A stretch of 49,778 nt of DNA, from assembly GCA_011364905.1 (NCBI GenBank), contig RDNZ01000018.1:1-49778 (forward strand). Direction: 5' to 3'. This document shows, piece after piece, positions 26,855 through 35,684 of the stretch (position 1 is its first letter; each line of letters opens with the position of its first letter). The DNA comes from Candidatus Thorarchaeota archaeon. Its GTDB lineage: Archaea > Asgardarchaeota > Thorarchaeia > Thorarchaeales > Thorarchaeaceae. The position numbers were made by a program, and so were the translations under genes. A model generated the notes under the pieces. The model was not told where the DNA came from. It did no database searches and saw nothing but the letters and a program-made list of their open reading frames with translations.

Positions 26855-26928
26855 GTCGGGATGATGATGAAGTAGGGAAGTGAGCGACCTCATCAGCGCT
26901 ATGAACACTAAACCGCAATCTGACCGAT
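26855..26928 (+). ncRNA. C/D-box 2'-O-methylation guide sRNA
   Basis: Terminal stem GTCGG/CCGAT; C box ATGATGA 26861-67; D' GTGA 26880-83; internal GCG/CGC stem; C' ATGAACA 26901-07; D CTGA 26920-23; TTTAAG box at 26826. Confidence 0.85.
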
Positions 26929-26949
26929 ACATTAGGAGTACAAATCAAC

Positions 26950-27366
26950 TTGACACCCTTTGTCTGCAACCACGATGGGACATGCGAGGAAGTTCGTGTG
27001 TGCTGCACTGAAACTGAGATGACCTTGACCCGCGAAGATGTGGAAAGAATCGAAGCTCTGGGGTATGATAGGAAAGACTTCTTGGTGCGTGTGATGGCAG
27101 GTTTCTGCGAACTCAGGAATGTAGATGGCAAATGCTTCTTTTACGACCCTGTGACCAAGATTTGTCGCATTTATGAGAATAGGCCAGAGGGATGTAGATA
27201 CTACCCCATCATCTATGACATGCGAAAAAGGAAGTGTATTGTCGATAAGGACTGTCCCTCGGGAGAAACAGCAACGCGTGATGATATACGAAAAGTATGC
27301 CACAAGGTTCGAAGACTTGTAGAAACACTACGAGAGGAGGCTGCACACGGTGAGAGCCCGTGCTGA
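26950..27366 (+). CDS. YkgJ-family cysteine-cluster protein
   Basis: C..C..CC.ETEM, GKCFFY, CRIYENRPEGCRYYP. Confidence 0.85.
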   Translation: MTPFVCNHDGTCEEVRVCCTETEMTLTREDVERIEALGYDRKDFLVRVMAGFCELRNVDGKCFFYDPVTKICRIYENRPEGCRYYPIIYDMRKRKCIVDKDCPSGETATRDDIRKVCHKVRRLVETLREEAAHGESPC

Positions 27367-28192
27367 TTTACATACTCACTCGTCCGCTTCTGATGGGACT
27401 GACTCACCTGTCGAACTTGTGAGCAAAGCGGATTCCATGAGGTTGGGAGGTATCGCACTTACCGACCACGATTCACTTGATGGCATCCAGGAGTTTCTGG
27501 GGGCAGATGCATCAGACGAGCTGAATCGAGTCTCGGGACTTGAGATAAGCACCGAGTTCGATGGTGTGGAAGCACATATTTTGGGATATTTTGTTCCCGA
27601 TGACTTCAAGCCTCTCAATGACAGACTTGAATATCTGAGAGCAGCGAGATTCGACAGATTACCTAAGATAATTCGAAAACTAAACGAGTTGGGTATTGAA
27701 GCGACGCTGGATGAACTCAATGAGTTTCTGGAGGGTGTAGCAAGTCCGGGTCGACCTCATGTGGCACAATTACTGGTCAAGAAGAAGGTCGTAGAAACAA
27801 CACATGAAGCGTTCGAGAAGTATTTAGCCTCTGGGAAGCCAGCCTTTGTAAAGAAGGAAAGAATGCAGTCAATCGAGGCTATTAAGCTTCTAAGAGCAGC
27901 AAGAGCTGTCCCTGTCCTAGCGCACCCGCTTACAGTAAAGCAGCAAGATCTACGAAAATTCATAGAAGTCCTGTTAGGTGAGGGGCTCATGGGGATTGAA
28001 GTGAATTATGACTATAGCTTTATGGGAATGCATCGTAACTCTGATGAGGTCAGAGAACTCATTCGCGGGTTAGATGTAGTCCGCACAGGAGGAAGTGACT
28101 ATCATGGAGCTATCCATTTCACCGAGCTTGGAAGTGTCACTGTCCCCGTCGAGGTGATTGACACTCTGAATAGACTTCGAAGTGATCTATAG
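27350..28192 (+). CDS. PHP-domain phosphoesterase (TrpH/YciV-like)
   Basis: DLHTHS.ASDG, ALTDHD, GLEIS, HILGY, GRPH, LAHP, GGSDYHG. Confidence 0.92.
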   Translation: MRARADLHTHSSASDGTDSPVELVSKADSMRLGGIALTDHDSLDGIQEFLGADASDELNRVSGLEISTEFDGVEAHILGYFVPDDFKPLNDRLEYLRAARFDRLPKIIRKLNELGIEATLDELNEFLEGVASPGRPHVAQLLVKKKVVETTHEAFEKYLASGKPAFVKKERMQSIEAIKLLRAARAVPVLAHPLTVKQQDLRKFIEVLLGEGLMGIEVNYDYSFMGMHRNSDEVRELIRGLDVVRTGGSDYHGAIHFTELGSVTVPVEVIDTLNRLRSDL

Positions 28193-28203
28193 AAGGTGTT
28201 CAA

Positions 28204-29109
28204 ATGAATGTCATTGATGCGCATACACACACATGGTCTAGGGAGATCATAAGTAAGAGCGACTTGGATGCACGTCGAATTGCAGCCGAGCGGTCAGGCG
28301 TTGAGCCTGTGCTTGATTCCACTGTCCATGCGCTCCGCAATGCAATGAGTGCAAGTGGCGTAACACGTGCTGTTGTACTTCCTATAGATAGTGCACTAAA
28401 TCAGAAAATGCCACTCTCGCTTACCGAGAAGACTGATTGGCATGCAGATGAGGTGGCAGACGACCCAGACATCATCACATTTGTCGGTATTGATCCGAGA
28501 AGGGGCGAGGAGGGACTGAAAGAACTAGAGCGTGCTGTGAATGAGAAGGGGTGCCGCGGATGGAAGATGTATCCTCCGAATGGATTCTATCCGGATGCAA
28601 AGGAGTTTGACCCATACTATTCACTCTGTGTGGACCTAAACATACCAATCGTCATCCATCAGGGATTCACGTCCAGATTCAAGCAAGTCAAATATGCCAG
28701 ACCCGTGTATGTCGATCGCGTTGCGGTAGACTTTCCGGATCTGAGGATTATACTTGCCCATGTAGGTTTTCCTTGGCAAGAGGAAACGTTAATGATTGCT
28801 TCAAAGAATCCGAATGTTTCAGTGGATGTCTCAGGATGGCAAATGTCAGCTTCTACGGTTCCATCAAAGGTCTATCAGATGATTGGAGATGCACAGATTC
28901 TGAGAGTGTTCCCAAACAGAGTGATTTTTGGGAGTGACTTCCCACTCTTTGAGTATACACTGCCACTCAAGAAATGGGTTGACTTTTTCACTGGATTGCA
29001 GCTTCCTGTATCAATGCTAGATCAAGGGTATAAACAAATCAGGAGCGATGAGATTGAGAAGGTCATGTGGAAGAACGCTGCTCGTATCGTCTTTGGTGAG
29101 AGCCCATGA
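28204..29109 (+). CDS. Amidohydrolase_2-family metal-dependent hydrolase
   Basis: IDAHTH, GWKMYP, IVIHQG, ILAHVG, FGSDFP. Confidence 0.9.
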   Translation: MNVIDAHTHTWSREIISKSDLDARRIAAERSGVEPVLDSTVHALRNAMSASGVTRAVVLPIDSALNQKMPLSLTEKTDWHADEVADDPDIITFVGIDPRRGEEGLKELERAVNEKGCRGWKMYPPNGFYPDAKEFDPYYSLCVDLNIPIVIHQGFTSRFKQVKYARPVYVDRVAVDFPDLRIILAHVGFPWQEETLMIASKNPNVSVDVSGWQMSASTVPSKVYQMIGDAQILRVFPNRVIFGSDFPLFEYTLPLKKWVDFFTGLQLPVSMLDQGYKQIRSDEIEKVMWKNAARIVFGESP

Positions 29110-29597
29110 AGACCTTCATCGTTGATGCAATGCTTGGAAAACTAGCTACATGGCTTCGCCTCGCTGGTTGTGATACCTTCTATTCAACAATAATCGATGA
29201 CGACGAGCTTCTTCGCCTTGCTGCGGAGCAAAACAGGACTTTGTTAACCTCAGATGCAATCCTAGCAGAAAGAGCACAGAATAGTGACATTTCAGTTATG
29301 TTAGTAAGGGGAACGGTAACCGAGGAAATTGCCAGTGTCTTCAAGGAGTTCAAAATCGTCCCGGAAGCAGACCCCTCTAAATCGCGATGCACAAAATGTA
29401 ATGGGATTCTAACGCACATTAAAAACAATGAGAAAGAACGTATCAGAGGACTAGTTCCGGACCAGACCTATGATCATTACAATGAGTTTTGGCTCTGTGG
29501 ATACTGTAAGAGTGTCTTCTTTCAAGGTAGTCAATGGAACAATATCGAGGCATACATGGAGAAGATTGCTCAATTGATGAAAGAACTAGATGCCTGA
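29106..29597 (+). CDS. Mut7-C RNase (PIN-like) domain protein with Zn ribbon
   Basis: FIVDAMLGKLATWLRLAG.D, LLTSD, SRCTKCNG...FWLCGYC..F.GSQW. Confidence 0.9.
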   Translation: MKTFIVDAMLGKLATWLRLAGCDTFYSTIIDDDELLRLAAEQNRTLLTSDAILAERAQNSDISVMLVRGTVTEEIASVFKEFKIVPEADPSKSRCTKCNGILTHIKNNEKERIRGLVPDQTYDHYNEFWLCGYCKSVFFQGSQWNNIEAYMEKIAQLMKELDA

Positions 29598-30077
29598 TGT
29601 GCTTTCGCGAACAGAAACATCGTACTTGAAAGGGATGCAGTCTTTGATAGTTCTTGAGAGATGGCAATACTCGCGCATGAGCTCCACACAACGCTGACCG
29701 GTTTCAAGCTCATCCTCGCCAACAACTACCTCGCCAGTGACCTCGACCCCATCAATCTTGTAACCCTCTCCATCAAAGCTAGCAGTTGCTTTTCCATCGA
29801 GCTTGAATGACACAAGTTCCATTTCAAACCGACGCTGAAAATCAAGGAATGTGTTATTCAGACAGCCTAGGACAGCAGCTATGAAGATCTCATCCGGGCA
29901 TATGCCTTCACCGCGTCCAGCGTAGGTCTTCGGAGTGTCATAGACTATCTTACGCTCATCGCTCGCAGTGATGGTCCCACCAGTCTTCCCATCCCACACG
30001 CTCTGTGCATGGTATTCCAAGTGTTCAGGATATTTAGACCTAATCCTCAATGGTGTTCCTTCCGTTTCTTGGCTCAT
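29586..30077 (-). CDS. OsmC/Ohr-family protein
   Basis: D.P...GRGEG.CPDEIFIAAVLGC and a second Cys in YCHLSRTI. Confidence 0.8.
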   Translation of the reverse strand: MSQETEGTPLRIRSKYPEHLEYHAQSVWDGKTGGTITASDERKIVYDTPKTYAGRGEGICPDEIFIAAVLGCLNNTFLDFQRRFEMELVSFKLDGKATASFDGEGYKIDGVEVTGEVVVGEDELETGQRCVELMREYCHLSRTIKDCIPFKYDVSVRESTSGI

Positions 30078-30159
30078 ATGAGCTGTGGTTAAACATTATG
30101 GTGTGCCAGTCAGGAAGTGATTTATACACACTAAAGAAAGGTGCAGTGGGAACTGACTC

Positions 30160-31203
30160 ATGACTCGTAAGATGAAAGCTGCAATGTACTATGGTATTGG
30201 CGACGTCCGATATGAGGAAACGGAGGTTCCTGAGATTGGCCCGGGAGAACTCTTGATTAAGATAGGAACTGCACTTACATGCGGGACTGATGTCAAGACC
30301 TACAAACGAGGCCATCCCATACTGATTAAACACACTCCCGCCTTATTTGGTCATGAATATGCAGGAACTATTGATGCGGTGGGAGCAGGAGTTACGGACT
30401 TCGATGTAGGAATGAGGGTTGTCGCAACCAATTCTGCACCATGCGGAGAATGCTTCTTCTGCAAAAGGGATATGCCTAACCTCTGTAGTACACTGAAAGA
30501 CAACTTGGTCAATGGGGCCTTTGCAGAATACATACGCGTTCCTGAGCCAGTAGTCAGATGGAATACGCATCAGATACCAGACTCACTCTCATTTAGAGAT
30601 GCTGCGTTAACGGAACCACTGGCTTGCGTTGTTCATGGAATTGAGGAGTCGAATATCAGACTTGGAGATACTGTTGTTGTCATCGGAGCTGGGCCAATTG
30701 GTCAGATGCAGATAATGCTGGCCAAGAAAAATGGAGCCTCAACAGTAATCGCAGCAGATCTCGCAGAACTGAGAAGGACCATCGCAAAGAAGGCGGGTGC
30801 TGATATTGTCCTTGACCCATCTAAGGAAGATCCTGTAGAACGAGTAAAAGAAGAGACCTCAGGCATGGGGGCTGATGTCGTTATTGAAGCTGTGGGATTA
30901 CGACAGACCTGGGAGCAGGCGATAGATATGACCCGAGATGCAGGGACAACCGTCCTATTTGGTGGTGCAGCATCAGGTACAAAGTTCGAGATTGATACGG
31001 AGAGGTTTCACTATGGCCAGCTCACAGTGAAAGGCGTTTTTCATCTCAAGCCGAAACACGTAGAACAGGCTCTAAAGCTCATTATTGCAAAGGATGTTGA
31101 TCCCGACCTGTTAATATCACATGAGATGCCCCTGGAGAAAATCAATCAAGCGCTAGAAATGATGAGCCAGGGACAGACCATGAAAGTAGCCATTTTACCA
31201 TAG
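30160..31203 (+). CDS. Zn-dependent dehydrogenase (sorbitol/threonine dehydrogenase-like)
   Basis: CGTD, GHEYAG, CGECFFC...C, EPLAC, GAGPIG. Confidence 0.9.
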   Translation: MTRKMKAAMYYGIGDVRYEETEVPEIGPGELLIKIGTALTCGTDVKTYKRGHPILIKHTPALFGHEYAGTIDAVGAGVTDFDVGMRVVATNSAPCGECFFCKRDMPNLCSTLKDNLVNGAFAEYIRVPEPVVRWNTHQIPDSLSFRDAALTEPLACVVHGIEESNIRLGDTVVVIGAGPIGQMQIMLAKKNGASTVIAADLAELRRTIAKKAGADIVLDPSKEDPVERVKEETSGMGADVVIEAVGLRQTWEQAIDMTRDAGTTVLFGGAASGTKFEIDTERFHYGQLTVKGVFHLKPKHVEQALKLIIAKDVDPDLLISHEMPLEKINQALEMMSQGQTMKVAILP

Positions 31204-31212
31204 ACCAATCTG

Positions 31213-31728
31213 GTGCAGGTCGTGTCTGAAGAGAGAGATAGCTCACTAAGGGGCAAGGGTGAACTATGGAGAACGAAAGCTATTGAGCTAAGACGCTCTC
31301 GAAGGCTGAATGAGAATGAAACTGCCCTCGTTGAGTTCATCCAAACACTTGATTCAAAGTATGAGAATTTACTTGTGGTTGTTGAGGGAAAACGGGACAT
31401 GACTGTTCTTCGAAATCTCGGTCTTGAGGCGCCAATCATCAAGACCCAGATAGGACTATCTAGAATCGAACTTATCGAGAAGATAGTGAAAGCCGCTGGG
31501 ACAGATGGACAAGTGCTTGTTCTCACTGACTTTGATAAAGAGGGAAAGAAGATTTACAGGTTTATTGAGAAAGAACTAGAGATAACTGGAATCAAGAATC
31601 TGAAGAGAGAGCGACGCTTGATACGTAAATACATGGACACCTGGACCACTATTGAACAGCTTGTTTCTCTGTTCAAAAGAAGCGACTCACCAGAGGCAAG
31701 TCGCGGAGATCCTCGAACTAAACAGTGA
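31213..31728 (+). CDS. Stand-alone TOPRIM-domain protein (UPF0292-like)
   Basis: VVVEGKRD...L..LG and LTDFDKEG motifs. Confidence 0.85.
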   Translation: MQVVSEERDSSLRGKGELWRTKAIELRRSRRLNENETALVEFIQTLDSKYENLLVVVEGKRDMTVLRNLGLEAPIIKTQIGLSRIELIEKIVKAAGTDGQVLVLTDFDKEGKKIYRFIEKELEITGIKNLKRERRLIRKYMDTWTTIEQLVSLFKRSDSPEASRGDPRTKQ

Positions 31729-32749
31729 CTTGGCTCCCACAATTTGGACAGATGAACTTCCCACTTGGAATCTCGGAACCACAGACTCTGCAGATCTTCG
31801 CTTTCTTCTCACGCATCTGATCAACCACATCTCCCGTCTGGGGAACAAGTATGAACTTGTTATCCATGTAGCTAAGTCTGAACTCGCGCGGACTACCAGC
31901 TAGGTCAAGGAGGTCTGTTGGCATAGGAAGCCTATGCTTATCATCCAGTCTGACAATTCTGGTGGTATCGAGCATGTCAAGGTCAATTCCAGCCTGATGA
32001 AAACCAGAAATCACGCCATCACGAAGCTCCACTGTCACATCAGCTTTTGATGCTACTTGCTGACTATGTGTGACAATGAAGAATGATGTTCCAATGGTCT
32101 CGTTGAGCTCCTGAAACAGATCCAGTATCCGCTCACCGGTTTCGGGATCCAAGTCCCCGGTTGGTTCATCACATAGAACAAGTCCTTTCCCCTCTGTGTC
32201 AATGAGGTTTACGAGCGCGCTAGCAATTGCCACTCGTGACTTCTCACCGCCACTGAGTGTAGTTGCCTTGTTCCGTTTCCTCTCCTCAAGCCCAACAAGC
32301 TTGATGAGACGATCGACTCTTTCCTTCCGAACTTGCCGTGGCACTCCAGCAATCCGGGCTGCGAGTTCTACATTCTGCCAAGCATTGAGATGAGGCAATA
32401 GGTTGTTCAGTTGGAAGTGAAATCCAATGAAATTACGTCTAGCTTCTGTAAGAACGCGTTCGCTCAGTTTCGTGATGTCAGTCCGTAGGTTTGCCCAATA
32501 GACTTTGCCAACAGTCGCCTTGGTGATTCCACCAATCACGTTTATCAGCGTGGTCTTGCCCGACCCTGACGGACCGACAACCGCCATGATTTTGCCTTCC
32601 AAAATCTGAAGAGAAACTCCACTAAGAGCCACAACCTCAAGTTCCTGAGCCTTATAGATCTTATAGCAATCATTCACACTGACAACCACATCATCAGGCA
32701 AGTCACCGTAAAGGTCAAGTTCCTCTTCGATTTCATCTGTTGTAGTCAT
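31718..32749 (-). CDS. ABC ATPase (LolD/MacB type) with C-terminal AbrB-like domain and Zn ribbon
   Basis: GPSGSGKT, LSGGE, CDEPTGDLD, VTH; tail VRLDDKHRLPMP... and CRVC...CPNC. Confidence 0.9.
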   Translation of the reverse strand: MTTTDEIEEELDLYGDLPDDVVVSVNDCYKIYKAQELEVVALSGVSLQILEGKIMAVVGPSGSGKTTLINVIGGITKATVGKVYWANLRTDITKLSERVLTEARRNFIGFHFQLNNLLPHLNAWQNVELAARIAGVPRQVRKERVDRLIKLVGLEERKRNKATTLSGGEKSRVAIASALVNLIDTEGKGLVLCDEPTGDLDPETGERILDLFQELNETIGTSFFIVTHSQQVASKADVTVELRDGVISGFHQAGIDLDMLDTTRIVRLDDKHRLPMPTDLLDLAGSPREFRLSYMDNKFILVPQTGDVVDQMREKKAKICRVCGSEIPSGKFICPNCGSQVTV

Positions 32750-32759
32750 TTCGATTACC

Positions 32760-35678
32760 TCACATATTTCTCAATACTTCAGCTGGATCTGTGCTTCCAG
32801 CTCTCCGTGCGGGGAAGTAACATGCGGCTACCATTGTAACACATTCAAGTGCCACCGTGAAAACCATAACTACCAAAGGATATGTCAGTATTTTTGGCAG
32901 AATTGGCCACACGGATGAGATTCCGAATGTTAATAACGTCATTGTATAGCCAAACAAAACTCCGAGCCCGAGACTGATTAGAACTGCAGCAAGTACACTC
33001 CCTGCGAACTCGCCAAACACAAGCGAAACTATCTGCTTCCTTGTCCCGCCTACAGCACGAAACAGGGCATACTCTGGTTCTCGCTCCATGACCGCGGAAC
33101 CTAGAAATAGTGCAATAGATGCAATGCCCATAGCGGCACACATTACAAAGGCAATCATTGTAAGCCCCTGCATTCCAGCTAGGAAGAGACCTGTTACTGT
33201 ATCAGATCCGAACCCAATGGTAGCAGTAGTGTAGACAATAGAGTATGGAATTCCGGTTGCAAAGTCGATCAGAGAGGATGCTGCTTCGAGAGAAGTTGTT
33301 CCCACAAAGAAGACCTTCGTCGTATCTTTTCCGGAGACCGATTCTAAATAGTCGATATTCACTAGGGCAAATCCGCCTCTTCCCGGTTGAAAACCAAGGT
33401 ACGCTCCGAAGGGAACACCAGCAAGGTCTCGACTTGACGCCATTCCAAAACCCGGCGCACTCTTCATGATACCCACTATTGTGAATGCAGCATCTACCGT
33501 ACTACCCACCTTGATCGTTAACGAGTTTCCAATAGTGACATTCCATAGCTCCGAATAGACCTTGCTGATGACAATCCCATTATATGTGCTCTCAAGAGCA
33601 GTCAGGACCTCATCTGGAGTTCCACTAACGAAACTAGTAGATTTGAACTTCCCTATATCCCTATACACATCTGATTCTAATCCTTCAAGATAGAACGCCT
33701 CGGTTCCAATGTATGATAGGGATTCAAGAACTGGGGTTGCGCTAACAACTCCTTCATACGACTGAAGAGTGTCCGTCCAATTAAATGGGTGTGCAGCAAC
33801 TTCAATGCGAACATCACACCCGAGTGCATAGTTAGCCTCATTTTTGAGTGTACGCTCGAAGCTGGCTGTCTGGATGAGCATCATGGTGGTAGTGGTGAGA
33901 GTAAGCGTAAGAATTACAAGAAGCGGTATGAACTGTCCCTTTCTTCTTCGAAGGCTCTGCGTCAAATACAATTTCTTCTGACCAAGGAAACGGCCTGCTT
34001 TCTCAGATGCACGAGCAGTGACTAAACGCATTAGTCGTGATCCCAGATATGTCGCAACGAAAAGGATGCCTGTCGAAATCAGGATTTCAATAAACGCCGT
34101 TTCACCAACTGGGCTAAAGAAATTAGGGACTATAAGAAGCACAGCCAAGGTAATACCGAGACTCACAACGTAGTACCAGATGTTGGTCTCCTCAGGAATT
34201 TCATAGGTCATCCTTGATGTGGGTTGTCCTATCTCCGCAACATCAATCCTACGAGCGACATGTACCAAATAAGCAGCTGGCAGGAACAATGCGATAGTTG
34301 CAGAGAGTACCAAAGCCTGAACTGGTATGGTCATCTCTGAAGCAAACTCTGCATAACGTACTTGATCAAAAGATAGCAGACCCGTTGAAGAACCCATCAA
34401 CGGAGCAAAGAACAACGTGAGTAGAAGGCCTGCAAAAAATCCGAGTAAAGAGAGTACTAGTGATTCCCAGATGAACGAAGCAAAAATTTGGTTAAAGGAG
34501 GCTCCTTTTGCTCGGAGCGCACTGATTTCACCCTTTCGTTGAGCCACAGAGGTTTCTGAGGTGAATATAGTGAGCATCAAGCTCATTATCATGATAGGAA
34601 AAGCCAGGATTATCAAAACTTGACTATGGACATAAGTCGTAATATGTGTCTGAAGATTATTGACGTTGTCCAAGCCTATCACATTCAGAACCGAATCGCT
34701 CTCTTCAATCTGAGTCTTAAGATTCAGTAGATTCACGGCTGCATTCAACACTCCGCCGCGCAAAAGTCCTTCTTCAGATCCCCGAACGAACTCCACTGGT
34801 GAGAAGAAACCTTGATTGGTTATTGTGTCAACAGAAGCTTCTCCAAGCTCCTCAGGCAAAAGCATTATTGAATCAGATATCCCTAGTACGCTAGTGAGGT
34901 TTCCGAACGGGACATAGTTGACCCGGGATATGGACAGGAACGACTCCGCGATAACGGAGAGATGTAAGACATCATAAATCCCCGCGACGGTGAGATTTCG
35001 CAGTATCTGACGGTGGAGGAGTAGTGGATCAAAGGGTCTTCCTTCAGAAGGAGAGTAGTATGTCCTGAGAACATCAATACTAATCTCGGAGCCGATACCA
35101 ATGTCAATAGTGGTATTGAGGGTTCTTTTCATCATATCCTCAGTGAGTTCAATAAATCGGCGAGACACCAAAACTTCACCGGGGTTAAGCGTTGTGTTAC
35201 CAGTGAAATTCAAGTCTTTTGACATGATATTGAGAATCTCATTATTCGCAATGATTACTCGAGTGTCTTTGACACCCAAAACATAATTCGGGACATTAGT
35301 GTAGTACTCTTCCCATTCAGGGGTAATTCCGTCCATCCTGAATATCCCTACTGTGCTCGGTGTAATGTGCGCATACTCAGCGTAAGGACTTGACAGTATT
35401 AGGTCCTGTGCATTAAAGAGGTGAGTGTAATTGTAAGACCCAGGTGCGTTCTGAACGCTGAACTGATAGGAATTCGTGTCGAAATATGTTTCAACAGCAA
35501 TGCGTGAGCCTGTGTTTGTCCACGCAAAGATAGTAGTTGGTATTGCTATGCTGATGGCTAGTATGAGAGCAATGCCAATATTACGCGTCTTGTTAATCTT
35601 CATTGAGGAGAGTGCATAGCCAATTGACCAGAGGGGATTGCCTTTCAGGATTTTCGTTTCTTTTTTCTTGGCCATCAA
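32760..35678 (-). CDS. FtsX/MacB-like ABC permease (duplicated)
   Basis: Two FtsX motifs (RKGEISALRAKGAS; REPEYALFRAVGGT), PARRAG..DPAEVLR, large extracellular loops. Confidence 0.9.
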   Translation of the reverse strand: MMAKKKETKILKGNPLWSIGYALSSMKINKTRNIGIALILAISIAIPTTIFAWTNTGSRIAVETYFDTNSYQFSVQNAPGSYNYTHLFNAQDLILSSPYAEYAHITPSTVGIFRMDGITPEWEEYYTNVPNYVLGVKDTRVIIANNEILNIMSKDLNFTGNTTLNPGEVLVSRRFIELTEDMMKRTLNTTIDIGIGSEISIDVLRTYYSPSEGRPFDPLLLHRQILRNLTVAGIYDVLHLSVIAESFLSISRVNYVPFGNLTSVLGISDSIMLLPEELGEASVDTITNQGFFSPVEFVRGSEEGLLRGGVLNAAVNLLNLKTQIEESDSVLNVIGLDNVNNLQTHITTYVHSQVLIILAFPIMIMSLMLTIFTSETSVAQRKGEISALRAKGASFNQIFASFIWESLVLSLLGFFAGLLLTLFFAPLMGSSTGLLSFDQVRYAEFASEMTIPVQALVLSATIALFLPAAYLVHVARRIDVAEIGQPTSRMTYEIPEETNIWYYVVSLGITLAVLLIVPNFFSPVGETAFIEILISTGILFVATYLGSRLMRLVTARASEKAGRFLGQKKLYLTQSLRRRKGQFIPLLVILTLTLTTTTMMLIQTASFERTLKNEANYALGCDVRIEVAAHPFNWTDTLQSYEGVVSATPVLESLSYIGTEAFYLEGLESDVYRDIGKFKSTSFVSGTPDEVLTALESTYNGIVISKVYSELWNVTIGNSLTIKVGSTVDAAFTIVGIMKSAPGFGMASSRDLAGVPFGAYLGFQPGRGGFALVNIDYLESVSGKDTTKVFFVGTTSLEAASSLIDFATGIPYSIVYTTATIGFGSDTVTGLFLAGMQGLTMIAFVMCAAMGIASIALFLGSAVMEREPEYALFRAVGGTRKQIVSLVFGEFAGSVLAAVLISLGLGVLFGYTMTLLTFGISSVWPILPKILTYPLVVMVFTVALECVTMVAACYFPARRAGSTDPAEVLRNM

Positions 35679-35684
35679 ATCACC

